A stretch of 64,000 bases of DNA, taken from Octopus vulgaris. Its lineage: Eukaryota. The notes beneath the pieces were generated by a model that worked only from the letters and a program-made list of their open reading frames with translations, did no database searches and was not told the DNA's origin. The translations under genes were made by a program, and so were the position numbers. Where the stretch lies: assembly GCA_951406725.2 (NCBI GenBank), contig OX597837.1, forward strand, positions 7,130,001 to 7,194,000, given 5' to 3'. This document shows positions 38,046 through 50,885 of the stretch, in pieces. Each line of letters starts with the position of its first letter. Position 1 is the stretch's first letter.

Positions 38046-38139
38046 TAATGTGTATATATATATATATGTATTTGTATGTATATATATATATATATATCAA
38101 ATGAAATAAAATGAAAAACAGGACACAAAGGATGTTGCA

Positions 38140-38196
<57 letters not shown>

Positions 38197-38492
38197 TGTG
38201 TGCGTTGGGCTTGGGCACATTTCCCGTCTGCCCGATTTCATTCCCGAAACTCTTTGTTGGAAGTTGAGTAAAAGATCACGTCCAACAGATCGAACAACCA
38301 CATATACGGCATCGGTGTCACCCTCCAATGCACTTACTCTCACTATACACACACACACAAACACACACTCACTCACGTCAAAAATTAATACTAAACGGTC
38401 AGGATCAAAAATGGTTTGAAGGATTATATATATATATGTATACATACATATATACATATCTGCATCGATTTATATATATATATATGTGTATT

Positions 38493-39030
38493 ATAGACAC
38501 ACACATATATACATCATTTTATATATATAGGCACACATATATGCATCATTTTATATATATAGACACACATATATACATCATTTTATATATATAGACACAC
38601 ATATATACATCATTTTATATATATAGACACACATATATACATCATTTTATATATATAGACACACATATATGCATCATTTTATATATATAGGCACACATAT
38701 ATACATCATTTTATATATATAGACACACATATATACATCATTTTATATATATAGACACACATATATACATCATTTTATATATATAGACACACATATATAC
38801 ATCATTTTATATATATAGACACACATATATACATCATTTTATATATATAGACACACATATATACATCATTTTATATATATAGACACACATATATACATCA
38901 TTTTATATATATAGACACACATATATACATCATTTTATATATATAGACACACATATATACATCATTTTATATATATAGACACACATATATACATCATTTT
39001 ATATATATAGACACACACATATACATTATT
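38493..39030 (+). repeat. 32-bp AT-rich minisatellite, ~16 near-identical copies
   Basis: Unit tagacacacatatatacatcattttatatata. Confidence 0.95.
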
Positions 39031-39052
39031 TTATGTACATATATATACATCA

Positions 39053-39089
<37 letters not shown>

Positions 39090-39834
39090 TATATAAATAT
39101 ACATACATATACATCAATTTATATATATATACATGTATATACATCAATTTGTATATATACATATTCATCAATTTACATATATATACATACATATATACAT
39201 CAGTTTATAAATACATATACATATATCAATTCATATATATATATATATGTATATACACATATATATACATCAATTTGTTTTCCTAATATCGTTTATCTTA
39301 ATATTTTTAGAAGTCTATTTATGAGATCAGTTTGATTCGGGTTTTATTTTCTCATGGGTTATATTTTTTTATATTTTTTATTTTAATATAGTTGATTTTT
39401 TTTTTCACTGTATATATGTATGTATGTGTGATATCATCTATTTGATATTTTATACAAAATTATATTTTATTATTATGATATCCTCCATCTGATATGTTTT
39501 TTTGTAGTTTCGTCTATGAAATCGTTTGTACAATACTATTAACATAAATTTATTATTATTATTATTATTATTATCATCATCATCATATTTTCGTAATATT
39601 GACCATGTGATATTTCTGTTATCACATATTGGATGTTTTCATAATATTATCCATGAGATGAGGTATTTTCGTTTTCTGTTTGTTAATTTTAATTTAATTT
39701 TTTATTTATTTATTTATTTTGTCTTTCGTTTTAATTTCTTTTTTGGCGTTTTCAACAATATTTATGAAATGGTTTGTATTGTAATCCAAGTGATCTTTCT
39801 TTTCTTGTAATCTCGAATGTTTTATATATATATA

Positions 39835-39872
39835 GGCGTAGGAGTAGCTGTGTGGTAAGTAGCTTGCTAACC
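39835..39872 (+). mobile_element. Family A SINE 5' end, split by the Tx1 LINE
   Basis: ggcgtaggagtagctgtgtggtaagtagcttgctaacc; continues at 45308. Confidence 0.85.
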
Positions 39873-40261
39873 TCACTGACAGAAGAGTGACTTTGCCTAC
39901 CGTACTACGGTTTGGACGCGTTTTCTTCCCGGTAAGAGTTTTGCTGTGTTGTTAATTGTTGAATTCCTACTACTGAAAATTTGCCTTTAAACGTTGCTGA
40001 ACTGTCTTGTTCTCCGGTTTTACCGGGAAATAATTGAATAATTTCTTACCGTTGAACTGTTAGCCACTGTGGCTTTTTATTTACGTGACTATATATAGTC
40101 CTGCCAGACTATTTTCGTGCCCCTCCCCCGAATGGGGGTGGGAATTGGAATTTTTGAACTGCTTTTTTGAACTACTTTGGAAGAAAAACTTTCTATAGGT
40201 TTCCCAGTTTCGTGGGAAACCAATATTCGTAATTTTTGTGTTGTCTAATTTCAACAGAATA

Positions 40262-41658
40262 ATGTCTGTTGAAATTATTCACGAAAGTAGTGCTCTTGAG
40301 GAGAGCAATGTTAAAAAATTTTCTGAGGTAGCCGCAGTGGCTACCGAGAAGATTGACATCGATGTCAACCAGCTCGTCGAGCTATTTAAAAGAATGCAAG
40401 AGGAGGGTGGTGATGTTAAAATATCACCCTCCGCCAGTATCGTGGAGACCGAGAAGCGGACCGTAGTGTTTAAAACTTTCTGTCCACAAAGCAGAAGGTT
40501 CAAACACTTTGAAAAAAGCACCATCGAGAAATGCCTGTCCCCGATTTGGAAGGACATCGTGTACGTCGCCAGGGGACGGGCATATGGCACTGTGGATGTC
40601 CGCTTCTCGGGGGAAGAAATGGCCCGCGGGCATTCTGTGAACCCCCTAAAAACCAAGGAGGTGGTACTTTTTCCAAGCTATAGGGGACGCAGGTCGTCCC
40701 GGGTCAGGATTGTAGAAGCCCCGCCGGACGTAGATCCGGTAGAGGTAGTGGCCGCCCTGTTATATAAAAGGGCGGACAAAATAAAAATACTAGAAGTAAC
40801 ATGCTCTACCCCTCGATTTTGGCTCGGGCGTAACATTAATATATTAATTCAAGGAACAGCGGAGGACCTGCAGCTCCTTCCTGAGAGGGTGCTCGTGGGC
40901 GAGAACGTAGCCCTCAGGGTACAGGTCGAAGGCCGAAAACCCACCTGTTACGCCTGCAACAAAAAGGGCCACATTCGTGTAGACTGTCCAGACAAGCAAA
41001 AGAAACCGCAGACACCAGGCCCCTCAGATAATAAAAAAGTCCCTACCCTTGCAAACACACCTACCCCTACAAAAACAAAAAATCCCACTCCTGCTGTTAC
41101 GGTGCCAACCCCAAAACAGACTGAAGAAAAAACCCAGCCCTCGCACTCACAAACCCCTACACTATTAAAACCTCCCACCCCCTAAAAACTGCGGCGCCTA
41201 CCGAACAAACTATTGCTACCACAGACGATACCATGGAGGTATCAGAGGGGGGATTTACACCAGTTCGTAAAAGAATTCGTGCAGCATCCCCGTCCACATC
41301 CCCTACAAAAAATAATAAAAACAAAGACACACCACAGACACGGAAAAAAAAATCCCGCTCAACTGGCCCAGAAAAAGAAGACAAAAAAGAAAATGAACTC
41401 ATATTAATTGAATTCGACACACAAGACAAATACATAAACGATATTGTGGTTCAGCATCAGTCAGCAAGACTGTACAACAAATACAAAGATCGAAATAGAC
41501 ACGCGTGGATTGCGGAAACAACGTTCAAACAATTAAGACAGACACCCAAACGCCATCCGGCATATCGCGAACTTGCCGGACTATCTGAAGAAAGAGGAGA
41601 AAGAAGGGGCCCACAAACGTGTGGTGAGGTCGGCCCCCACCTCTCCAACGAAATGTAA
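40262..41658 (+). CDS. LINE ORF1 (gag-like nucleic-acid-binding protein), one frameshift near 41180
   Basis: CCHC knuckle CYACNKKGHIRVDC followed by a Pro/Thr/Lys-rich linker; ORF 40238-41185 continues in the frame of 41233-41658 across a C-run. Confidence 0.8.
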
Positions 41659-41678
41659 GTAGAACCTTTACTTTTGTA

Positions 41679-44600
41679 ATGGCTTCGCTTAACCTTGGTT
41701 GTTTAAATGTGCGTGGTCTGAGTTCGAAGTGGAAGCAGGCTTGTTTCCTCGACGACCTCAGATCACATGATATACATGTGATGGTTGCTACAGAGACCAA
41801 GCTGGACAGCCTACAAACCTTCTCGCCTCTCCTGAATGGCTACGAGAAAATCATGTCTCCTGGCCAGACCGGAGGGCGAGGGGGCGTAGTGGTACTGATC
41901 CGTAAAGACTTGGCTCTACAGACAAGTACAGTCTATGTAGACCCAGAAGGTGGGCTGGTCGTCCTTGATGTGACATACAGCAGTAAGGCCTTCAGGTTAA
42001 TCGGACTCTATGCACCTTGTGCTAGAGGTTTCCAAACTGATTTTTATCGGCGCCTAGAGGGCTTTCTCGTGACGTCGAAGACTTTAGTGATATTAGGGGA
42101 CTTTAATGCTATCGTTGACGTACACATCGATAGCGTTGGCTCGATCTATAGGAAAGTGAACTCACGTCTCGTGGATCTGCTTAAGCGGTTTCAGCTAGCA
42201 GATCGTTACAGACTTGACCATCCGAACGTCCCAGAGTGGACCTGGATGAGTGGCGACGGAAGGTTCAAGTCTTATCTAGACAGGATAGTGATAAGAACTA
42301 GAGATAAGTCTAGTTTTAGTTGTCCACAGCTCGTCCAGGTGCCCTATACTGACCATAGAATGGTCACGTGTAGGCTGGACATAGATAGCACACTTAAGAT
42401 AGGAACCGGCTACTGGAAGCTGAACAAGTCTATTTTGACACGCGAGGCATACCGTAGCCGGATTAAGGTGTTAGTGCAGAGGGCGTTAACCGGAGCCGTG
42501 GTTAATAACCGGTGGTGGTTCACCCTCAAAAGAGCCATTCGATTCGAGTCCATTAGATTTAGTAAACAACTAAGACTAGATAGGGCTAGAATAGAAGGGC
42601 AACTAGTTAAGAACTTAGAGGAGGCGTTGAGGTTGGGCTCTGCATCTCACATTTTAGCGGCGAGAACGGCATTAGACCGTCACCTCAAAACCAAACATGA
42701 GGGATGTAGAGTCCGGGCTAAAGTACGAGCATTGGGCCGTGAGGGAATTAATGTTGCCGGATGGGCCCGTACGATAGAAACACAGCGTGGAAACGATGCC
42801 ACAATTGGGTCTCTTGTTGATGAAAACGGATGCACGATCAAGAAGCAGGACGAGATGTGTGAGGCACTCCACAAGCACTTCGCCGAGTTGTTCGGGAGGT
42901 GCGGGACGCTGGATCATGGTGAGGCCCTTAGGGACTTCCTGTCTGGTGGCCCGCGCCTCTCGACACGAGAGGCTGAGTGCTGTGAAGGGCCAATCACAGC
43001 CGAGGAAGTAATCGAGGTGTTGGGCAAGTGCCCCGGGGAGAAGTCGCCGGGTCTCGATGGTCTGCCCTATGAATTTTATAGAAGTATGCCAAACTTGTTC
43101 GGGCACCTGCTGGCTAGCGTCTACGCCAACTGGCAGCAGAATGGGAGAATTCCCAAGTCTGCGAGCCGGGGGGCGGTGACCTTGATCAGGAAGGACCCGA
43201 ACAAGGGGGACGAGATAGGGAACTTCAGGCCCATAACTCTGTTAAACACAGAGTTAAAGATTCTGGCCAAGGTGCTAGCAAAAAGGTTGGCGCGGGTCGT
43301 GGACAAACTTGTCGGGGAAGCGCAAACGTGCGCTATCCCCGGCAGAACGATCCACGACAATCTTCACCTTATACGCTACTCCTTAGAGAGGGTGGGGAAG
43401 CTTTCTGGCGCAGGGGGAGCACTGGTACATTTAGACCAGTCCAAAGCATTTGATAGGGTCGACCATCGGTACCTGGCGGCGGTCCTCGGAGAGGCTGGCC
43501 TAGGCCCGACCTTTCGAGGTTGGATCGCTGCTTTGTATAGCGACATCGAGTCTGTAGTCAAGGTGAACGGTTCCTTTTCGAAGCCGTTCAGGATCGAGCG
43601 TTCAGTTCGTCAAGGGTGTCCCCTGTCCTCGCTCCTATACGTATTGGCTCTTGAGCCTTTGCTGCGGAAGTTGGAGGCACTAGGGGGCGCGCGCATGATC
43701 TATGGTGTGGAAGAGGAGCTACGGCGTATGCGGATGACACCTCCATCATCGTGGCAGACGAAGGCCAGCTTCCAGTGGTGGAAGAGGCCATAAAAAGCTA
43801 CGAGGCGGTGGCAGGAGCAAAGGTTAACAAGGACAAGTCGGTCGGTTTGCAACTCGGCACCTGGAGGGGCAAGCCGATGCCGTCCAATAACGTCGTAGGG
43901 CGTTGGACGGAAGGTCCTGTTAAGCTGCTCGGAGTCTGGTTCGGGCCAGACCTCCAGATTGAGAAAAATTGGAGTGAGGTGGCCAACAAGGTGACCGCTC
44001 TAACCCAGACCTGGTCTGGGCGGGCGTTATCCCTGCTAGGGAAGGCGGAGGTGGTGCAGATGTTTATAGCATCAGTAATCACCTACCGTCTGACCGTGGT
44101 GCCTTGCCCCGATTTGTGGCTGAACAAGTTGGAGAGAATCCTTTTCCGATTTTTGTGGAAAGGAGGAAAGCCACTTGTAAAGCGCTCTGTCTGCTGCCAG
44201 AAACCGCTAAAGGGTGGGCTAGGGATGCCTTGGCTGAGGATGCGAAAACTCGCGTTAAGGTTGAGGCACCTCTGGCTTTACCTGGATGGAGAGCAGGTGT
44301 GGTCGCCGCACGTCCGGTTCTACCTTCCCCAGTTAACATCCCTAACGGACATCGGTGCATGGATCAAGCGGAGACCTAAACTGAGTGAATGGCATTTGGA
44401 GTGCCGTCAGGCGCTCCAGCTACTATCTCGGGTGGGCAACGCCGGCAACAGGAGTTCCACCACGGATTTCTATAGCGGGTTAGTGGAGATTAAGTCCGAA
44501 GACGCCTTGGGGGAGACCCTGGGCTACGATGAAAATCAGTTGATCAACCTGTTCCGGAGGACGTTCGGGCCGGGGTATCTGGATAATTACCAGAAATCCC

Positions 44601-45079
44601 TAGCCTGGCAGTGTTTCCGTGCGGCTTTACCTGTTCGCGACAAGCTGTCAAGGCACGGTAGTGCCGTCTCGCCGACATGCCCGCGATGTGAGCAGGATAG
44701 GGAGACCGTCTTGCACGCATTCGTGGAGTGTCCGGAGTTATCGGGACTTATAGCTTTTGTAGAACAACTGTTGTCAGTGATGGGAAGAGTACAGCTATCA
44801 GCTGAGTCTATCATCGAGATTGTGCCGCCCCCTTTCCTTAACAGGGAAAGAAAGGCTTGTTTTTTCTGTGTAGTAGCCATACTGAAAGAAACAGTATGGA
44901 AGACGCGTACGAAAGGTATAGTGACAGGCACCTTTGTCTCCGGCCAGGGGTTGATTAACTTTTTTAGTTACCACCTCAGTAGCAAAATCAGGCTGGAGAA
45001 GAGGTGTCTGTCACGAGATATGTTTGTGAAAAGATGGAAGCCTGTGGCATACAAGATGGGTATGTTTGGCACCAGGTAA
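41679..45079 (+). CDS. LINE ORF2: AP endonuclease + reverse transcriptase + C-terminal Zn finger, one frameshift near 43685-43700
   Basis: APE motifs LNVRGL, ETK, GDFN, LDRI, TDH; RT motifs KSPGLDG, FRPITLLN, LDQSKAFD, RQGCPLS; AYADD encoded at ~43724-43738 in the downstream frame; GGLG and CPRC..ETVLHAFVEC. Confidence 0.92.
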
Positions 45080-45307
45080 GTGTGACCGGATCAGAAAGTA
45101 AAGGTTCTACCCGGATGGCTGGGTGTCCGTCCTTCGACATGATCATTAATATTTTTAAACATTGCCTTCGTAAAATTCATTGTTTATAATCTTATCCGTA
45201 ATTTCATTCGAAAATTGTAACTGTGTTAAGCTACTTCACCCTTTATATTTGTCTGTCCTTGTTTGTCCCCTCTTTGTAAATGCCTAAATGGCAAATTATA
45301 TGAAATA

Positions 45308-45456
45308 AAGTAGCTTGCTTACCAACCACATGGTTCCGGATTCAATCCCACTGCGTGGCAGCTTGAGTAAGTGTCTTCTACTATATCCTCTGGCCGACCA
45401 AAGCCTTGTGAGTGGATTTGGTAGACGGAAACTGAAAGAAGCCCGTCGAATATATG

Positions 45457-45487
<31 letters not shown>

Positions 45488-45690
45488 CTGTGCTTGTCCC
45501 CCCAACATCGCTTGACAACCGGTGTTGGTGTGTTTACGTCCCTGTAACTTAGCGGTTCAGCAAAAGAGTACGATAATATAAATACTAGGCTTACAAAAAA
45601 TAAGTCCTGGGGTTGATTTACTCGACTAAAGGTGGTACTCCAGCTTGGTCGCAGTCAAATGACTGAAACAAGTAAAAAAAAATAGAGTAA
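45308..45690 (+). mobile_element. Family A SINE remainder after the LINE insertion
   Basis: Resumes aagtagcttgcttaccaaccacatggttcc... through the tail gactgaaacaagtaaa. Confidence 0.9.
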
Positions 45691-45759
45691 AAAAGTACAT
45701 ACACACATACATACATATATATATGTAACCACACACATTCGCACAATGTGGGATAAAGA

Positions 45760-46068
45760 ATCCCTTCGGTCATGAATGATTGTACCTAGAATGTCCCCGT
45801 CCGGATAAGGTTATTTGTGGAAGACCAGCAAATTCCCATGCATACCGGTCTCCCTTCTCTACGCCATCGATGTTGTCCAAGGGAAAGGCAAAGGGGCCGA
45901 TACAGCTTGGCACCAGTGACATCACAACTCATTTCTACAGCTGAGTGAACTGGAGCAACGTGAAAATAAAGTGTCTTGCTCAGAAGCACAACACGCTGCT
46001 TGGTCTGGGAATCGAACTCACAAAACCACGATTGTAAGCCCGACGCTCTAACCAGTGAGCCATCCACC
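45760..46068 (-). mobile_element. tRNA-derived SINE (family D)
   Basis: Minus strand tggctcactggttagagcgtcgggc...gagttcgattccc...gagcaagacacttt...ccagttcactcagctgtagaaatg. Confidence 0.75.
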
Positions 46069-46647
46069 TATATATGTGTGTGTGTGTGTGTGTGTGTTTG
46101 TGTGTACATATATATCCACCATGCCCACCACCAATAATATCAGGAACAGTAATACTACAATTTGCACATTAACCTCACCATCGGCTCCACCGATTTCACA
46201 AGAAATACCCCAGAAATCATGACCACCACTAGCACCACCACCACCACCCTGATCAACATCACAACAACCAATATCAGCTTTATATTGACCACCTCCTAAA
46301 CTCAACAGCAACCACCAACAACTTACTGACCACCTCCAAAAAAGACCATCGCCATCTTCACAATCACCACCACCACTACTACCACCATTATTATCATTAT
46401 CATCACTCTTCCCGCCATCCCTAACATCATTTCACAACCACCACCTCTTTAACCACTACCGTCGCCACCACCACCACACTTAGACATATACACACACGAC
46501 AATGTCTCATAGATAGTCCAGACACGAAGGATTATTTCTATGAATGAGTTGTCATCCAACAGAGATTAGCAAATCTAATCGACCATTTTAGGTCGATATA
46601 TCACTTCAGTGTATGTGTATATATATATGTGTGTATATATATGTGTG

Positions 46648-46682
<35 letters not shown>

Positions 46683-47105
46683 GCACGCCGCACATACATA
46701 CGTGTATGACGGCTGTCATTTTGTATTCGTTCAATCAAATGACAGGTAACATTGTTTGCTAATCTGTTCTGCTGTCTGGCTTTATGCCTGTCTGTCTGTC
46801 TGTCAGTGTAGATATATGTACATATGTATATACATATGTATATACATATGTACGTAACTAGGTCTTGCTCTCTGGTTGTCTGTCAGAAGACGTGCAGGAA
46901 ACTAAGTGTAAGTATGCGTATGTATGTATGTATGTATGTATGTATGTATGTATACATTCTTCATCAGTGTGTGTGTGCGTATATATATTTAGGTATGTAT
47001 TGTCATCCATCTACAGGTATGTAGATGTGTCTTGAAGTAAAACTGGGCAGGTCGTTTTTTTTTCGATATACATACAAATTATCAATGTTTATATGTATAC
47101 ATGTA

Positions 47106-47149
<44 letters not shown>

Positions 47150-47252
47150 CAGATATATACTTATAACTCAAATGTATTGTGTATACAAACTATATATATA
47201 TATATCTTGTAGAGATATGGATATATATACACACACATAAATTTAGATAGAC

Positions 47253-47283
<31 letters not shown>

Positions 47284-47394
47284 AACATATATACACGCAC
47301 TCAAATTTAGACATATATATACATATACAAGCAAATTTAGGCATACACACATATTTAAATATATATACTTATATATATACACACACATATAAAC

Positions 47395-47605
47395 ACATTT
47401 AGACATACACACACACACTTAGACATACACACACACACACTTATACATGCACACACACATTTAGACATATACACACACACATTTAGACATATACACACAC
47501 ACATTTAGACATATACACACACACATTTAGACATATACACACACACACATTTAGACATATACACACACACACATTTAGACAAATACACACACAAACTTAG
47601 ACACA
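47395..47605 (+). repeat. ~22-bp minisatellite atttagacatatacacacacac
   Basis: Direct inspection. Confidence 0.85.
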
Positions 47606-47608
47606 TAT

Positions 47609-47640
<32 letters not shown>

Positions 47641-47709
47641 GCTCACACAGCTATGTTTATAGAGGGATGTTTATATCTTTATACGTATGTGTGCTTGTGT
47701 ATTGTATGA

Positions 47710-47777
<68 letters not shown>

Positions 47778-48024
47778 AAATTTCATTTGTGTATTTCTTT
47801 CTCGAAATTCTTGACGTGAGATGGCGTTGAAACAAAGGTGTCCTCGGAAGATAATTGAGCCAATGAACACTCTTCTAGTGTTCCTGACCTGTCACCAAGA
47901 ATACCCCGGGGGTACACATCAGTGATGAGGTGGCGATTGGCGACAAAAGAACACCGACAGGCCAAAATGATTGATTGATGATCAAACAAGTAATGAAGTA
48001 GTCGATTTGTTAATTACTTCATTT

Positions 48025-48166
48025 GCAACGTGGCTGTTTGGTAAGATTTCTTCCCTAGAGTTCAGTCCCGCAGCTCGGCATCTTGATCAAGAGTCTTCTA
48101 TTATAGTCTTGGGCCGACTAAACCCTTGGGAGTAGACTTGTTAGACGAAATCTGAAAGAAGCCTGG

Positions 48167-48207
<41 letters not shown>

Positions 48208-48256
48208 CCCGTCGTATATATGTATATATATATATATATATATATAGCCCGTCGTA

Positions 48257-48317
<61 letters not shown>

Positions 48318-48494
48318 TTGTATCCCCAATATCACTTGACAACCGATGCCGGTGTGTTTACATCCCCGGTACAGCAAAAGACACCGATAGAATAAGTACT
48401 AAGCTTACAAAGAATAAGTCCTAGGGTCGATTTGCTCGACTAAAGGCGGTGCTCCAGCATGGCCGCAGTCAAATGGCTGAAACGAGTAAAAGAG
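48025..48494 (+). mobile_element. Family A SINE with an expanded internal microsatellite
   Basis: gcccgtcg-(TA)n segment repeated internally; canonical tail. Confidence 0.8.
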
Positions 48495-48504
48495 TATATA
48501 TATA

Positions 48505-48555
<51 letters not shown>

Positions 48556-49467
48556 GTGGTATCAGAAAAGAGGAATTTCGATTATCCCCACGTGGTGGGT
48601 CGTAATGTATATAAGAAATGTATATAAGGTCTACTTGTGAAGTCATTCACTCGTGAATTTCATTACACACAACATGGACCAAATTTCTTCATAAGAAAAA
48701 AGATATATTCTAATAAATAAAATATAATATCATGAATAGCGATAGCAAAACCGGTCGATATATTAAAAATTATATTAAAACCATGTAAGTGTACGTATTT
48801 TCCTTTTTTAATTTCTTATATATATATATATATATATACATACGCACACATATGTATACACACGCAACCACACATACATATCTATTGGTTAGGGCTAACT
48901 ACTCACTATCGCGAGTTCGTGGTTTCGGTTCTCAGACCGGCAGTGCGTTGTGTTCTCGAGTTAACCATTTCATTCCACGACATTTCACATTGTTCCAGAC
49001 CCTTCAGCTCCGTTCGGGCGCAAAGTTGGCCTTCTCGCCTAACCAGCTGGGCGACATCCTATCGTCAGCTACAGTAATACGAGAAAGCACACGGTGACCT
49101 GCGATGTATAGCAACATCTAATAGTCAATTCCATACGGTGATAGGTATATATACATATATATGTATACATCAATGTGTGTGTAGTCGTGAAAAGCTATCT
49201 GTATTGATGTTCGATATATTTAAGCATGCACTTAACTTTCTGAAGAAGTAAATGTGAAAAGGAAGTCTAAGCTTATTCAGCAGTTTTCGTAATCCATTCT
49301 ATACAAAATTTATTTCATTGATTTTTCTTTGAATGCTAAGAAAAATGAGTGAAACTGAGATTCACGAAGAATATCACTTAAAGTGACGTCACAATCTATT
49401 TCATTTCAACTTCAGATCAAAATTTCACACGTCTGGAATATTTACCTATTGTATAAATTTATATATG

Positions 49468-49522
<55 letters not shown>

Positions 49523-49660
49523 GATATATGTATATTTCTCTTTATATGTATACGCATAGAAGATATATATCTATTTATATATTTATTTATCTATCTATTA
49601 TATATATATACATATACACGCACACACACACACACACACACACAGAGGATATATCTATAA

Positions 49661-49714
<54 letters not shown>

Positions 49715-49826
49715 ACACGCATACACACACAGAGGATATATCTATATTTCTCTATATATATATAAATGTACACACAGAGGATATATATCTATAACTCTCT
49801 CTCGCTATCTATCTCGCTTTCTCTCC

Positions 49827-49863
<37 letters not shown>

Positions 49864-50363
49864 ATATATACACACACACACACACACACACAGTTATTCT
49901 ACTACCATAAGATATCTCCCAGACAGCAATACTCCCAACTCACACAAGCAAAGAGAAAAAATAACGAATCCACTCGGCTTTGATTAACTATATACGCGTT
50001 TCTGGATTAAAGATATGTAAAATAACTCCTACCTTATTTCCGTCATCAGTATAGTATTACAATTATAAATTTAATATATATACGCAGAAACACAGGATAT
50101 ATCTGTATCTATCTATCTATTCATACAGATGACATATACATATGTTGAGCTTATTAAGAACCCTTCTACTACAAATAGCAGATAAGCCTGCCAATACAGG
50201 AAAATAAACTCCGACCTAATTAACTTGAATACCGGCCTTGGCCAGGAGCTTGTGTGAAGCCGGGTTCTACCATAGAATTTTCCAACCAGACCGGATTTCA
50301 GATTCAAACTAACCTCTCCTTGCTTCCTCCGGAACCCTAATCAATAAACATGGAAACCCGTTA

Positions 50364-50369
<6 letters not shown>

Positions 50370-50397
<28 letters not shown>

Positions 50398-50885
50398 GAC
50401 AAAGGGTGCTGACTTGCTTACCTCCCCGTGACTGAGCAGTTTGATGTAGGAAACTGATATAACATTGCCTGATTAAAGAAAAATGTAATGGGGCCGATTT
50501 GATGGACAGAGTCTTTCAAGGTGGTGCTCCAGTATGGCCATAGTCTAATAATAGCGTCATTGTAATCTCAAAGCTTTGAGTTTTAGTTTTATTTTAAGGT
50601 AATTTTTTTACTTTTTACCTGTTTCAGTCATTAGACTGCGGCCATTCTGGGGCACGCCTTCATGGATTTTAGTCGAATGAATCGACCCCTAGTACTTATT
50701 TTTTAAAGGTTGGTACTTATTCTATCGATCAGTTTCGCCGAGCCGCTAAGTAACGGGGACGTAAACACACCAGCACTGGTTGTCAAGCAGCGACGGGGGT
50801 GGAAAATAAACACAAAGACACACACACATACATGTATATACGACGGGTTTTTTCAGTTTCCGTCTACCAAATCCTCTCACAAGGC
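50370..50885. mobile_element. Two family A SINE 3' parts in tail-to-tail orientation
   Basis: Plus-strand degenerate copy to ~50545; minus-strand copy 50610-50885. Confidence 0.7.

Larger units (their letters stand above)
39873..45307 (+). mobile_element. Apparently full-length Tx1/L1-clade non-LTR retrotransposon with 16-bp TSD
   Basis: 5' UTR, ORF1, ORF2 (APE-RT-Zn finger) and 3' UTR; TSD aagtagcttgctaacc (39857-39872) / aagtagcttgcttacc (45308-45323). Confidence 0.93.

Noticed and set aside
42672-44931. Antisense and alternative-frame ORFs within the LINE
   Set aside because: Shadow ORFs of GC-rich coding sequence with no motifs
50140-50350. Possible small exon in a unique GC-richer island
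   Set aside because: Candidate splice sites lack a polypyrimidine tract and no recognisable peptide results
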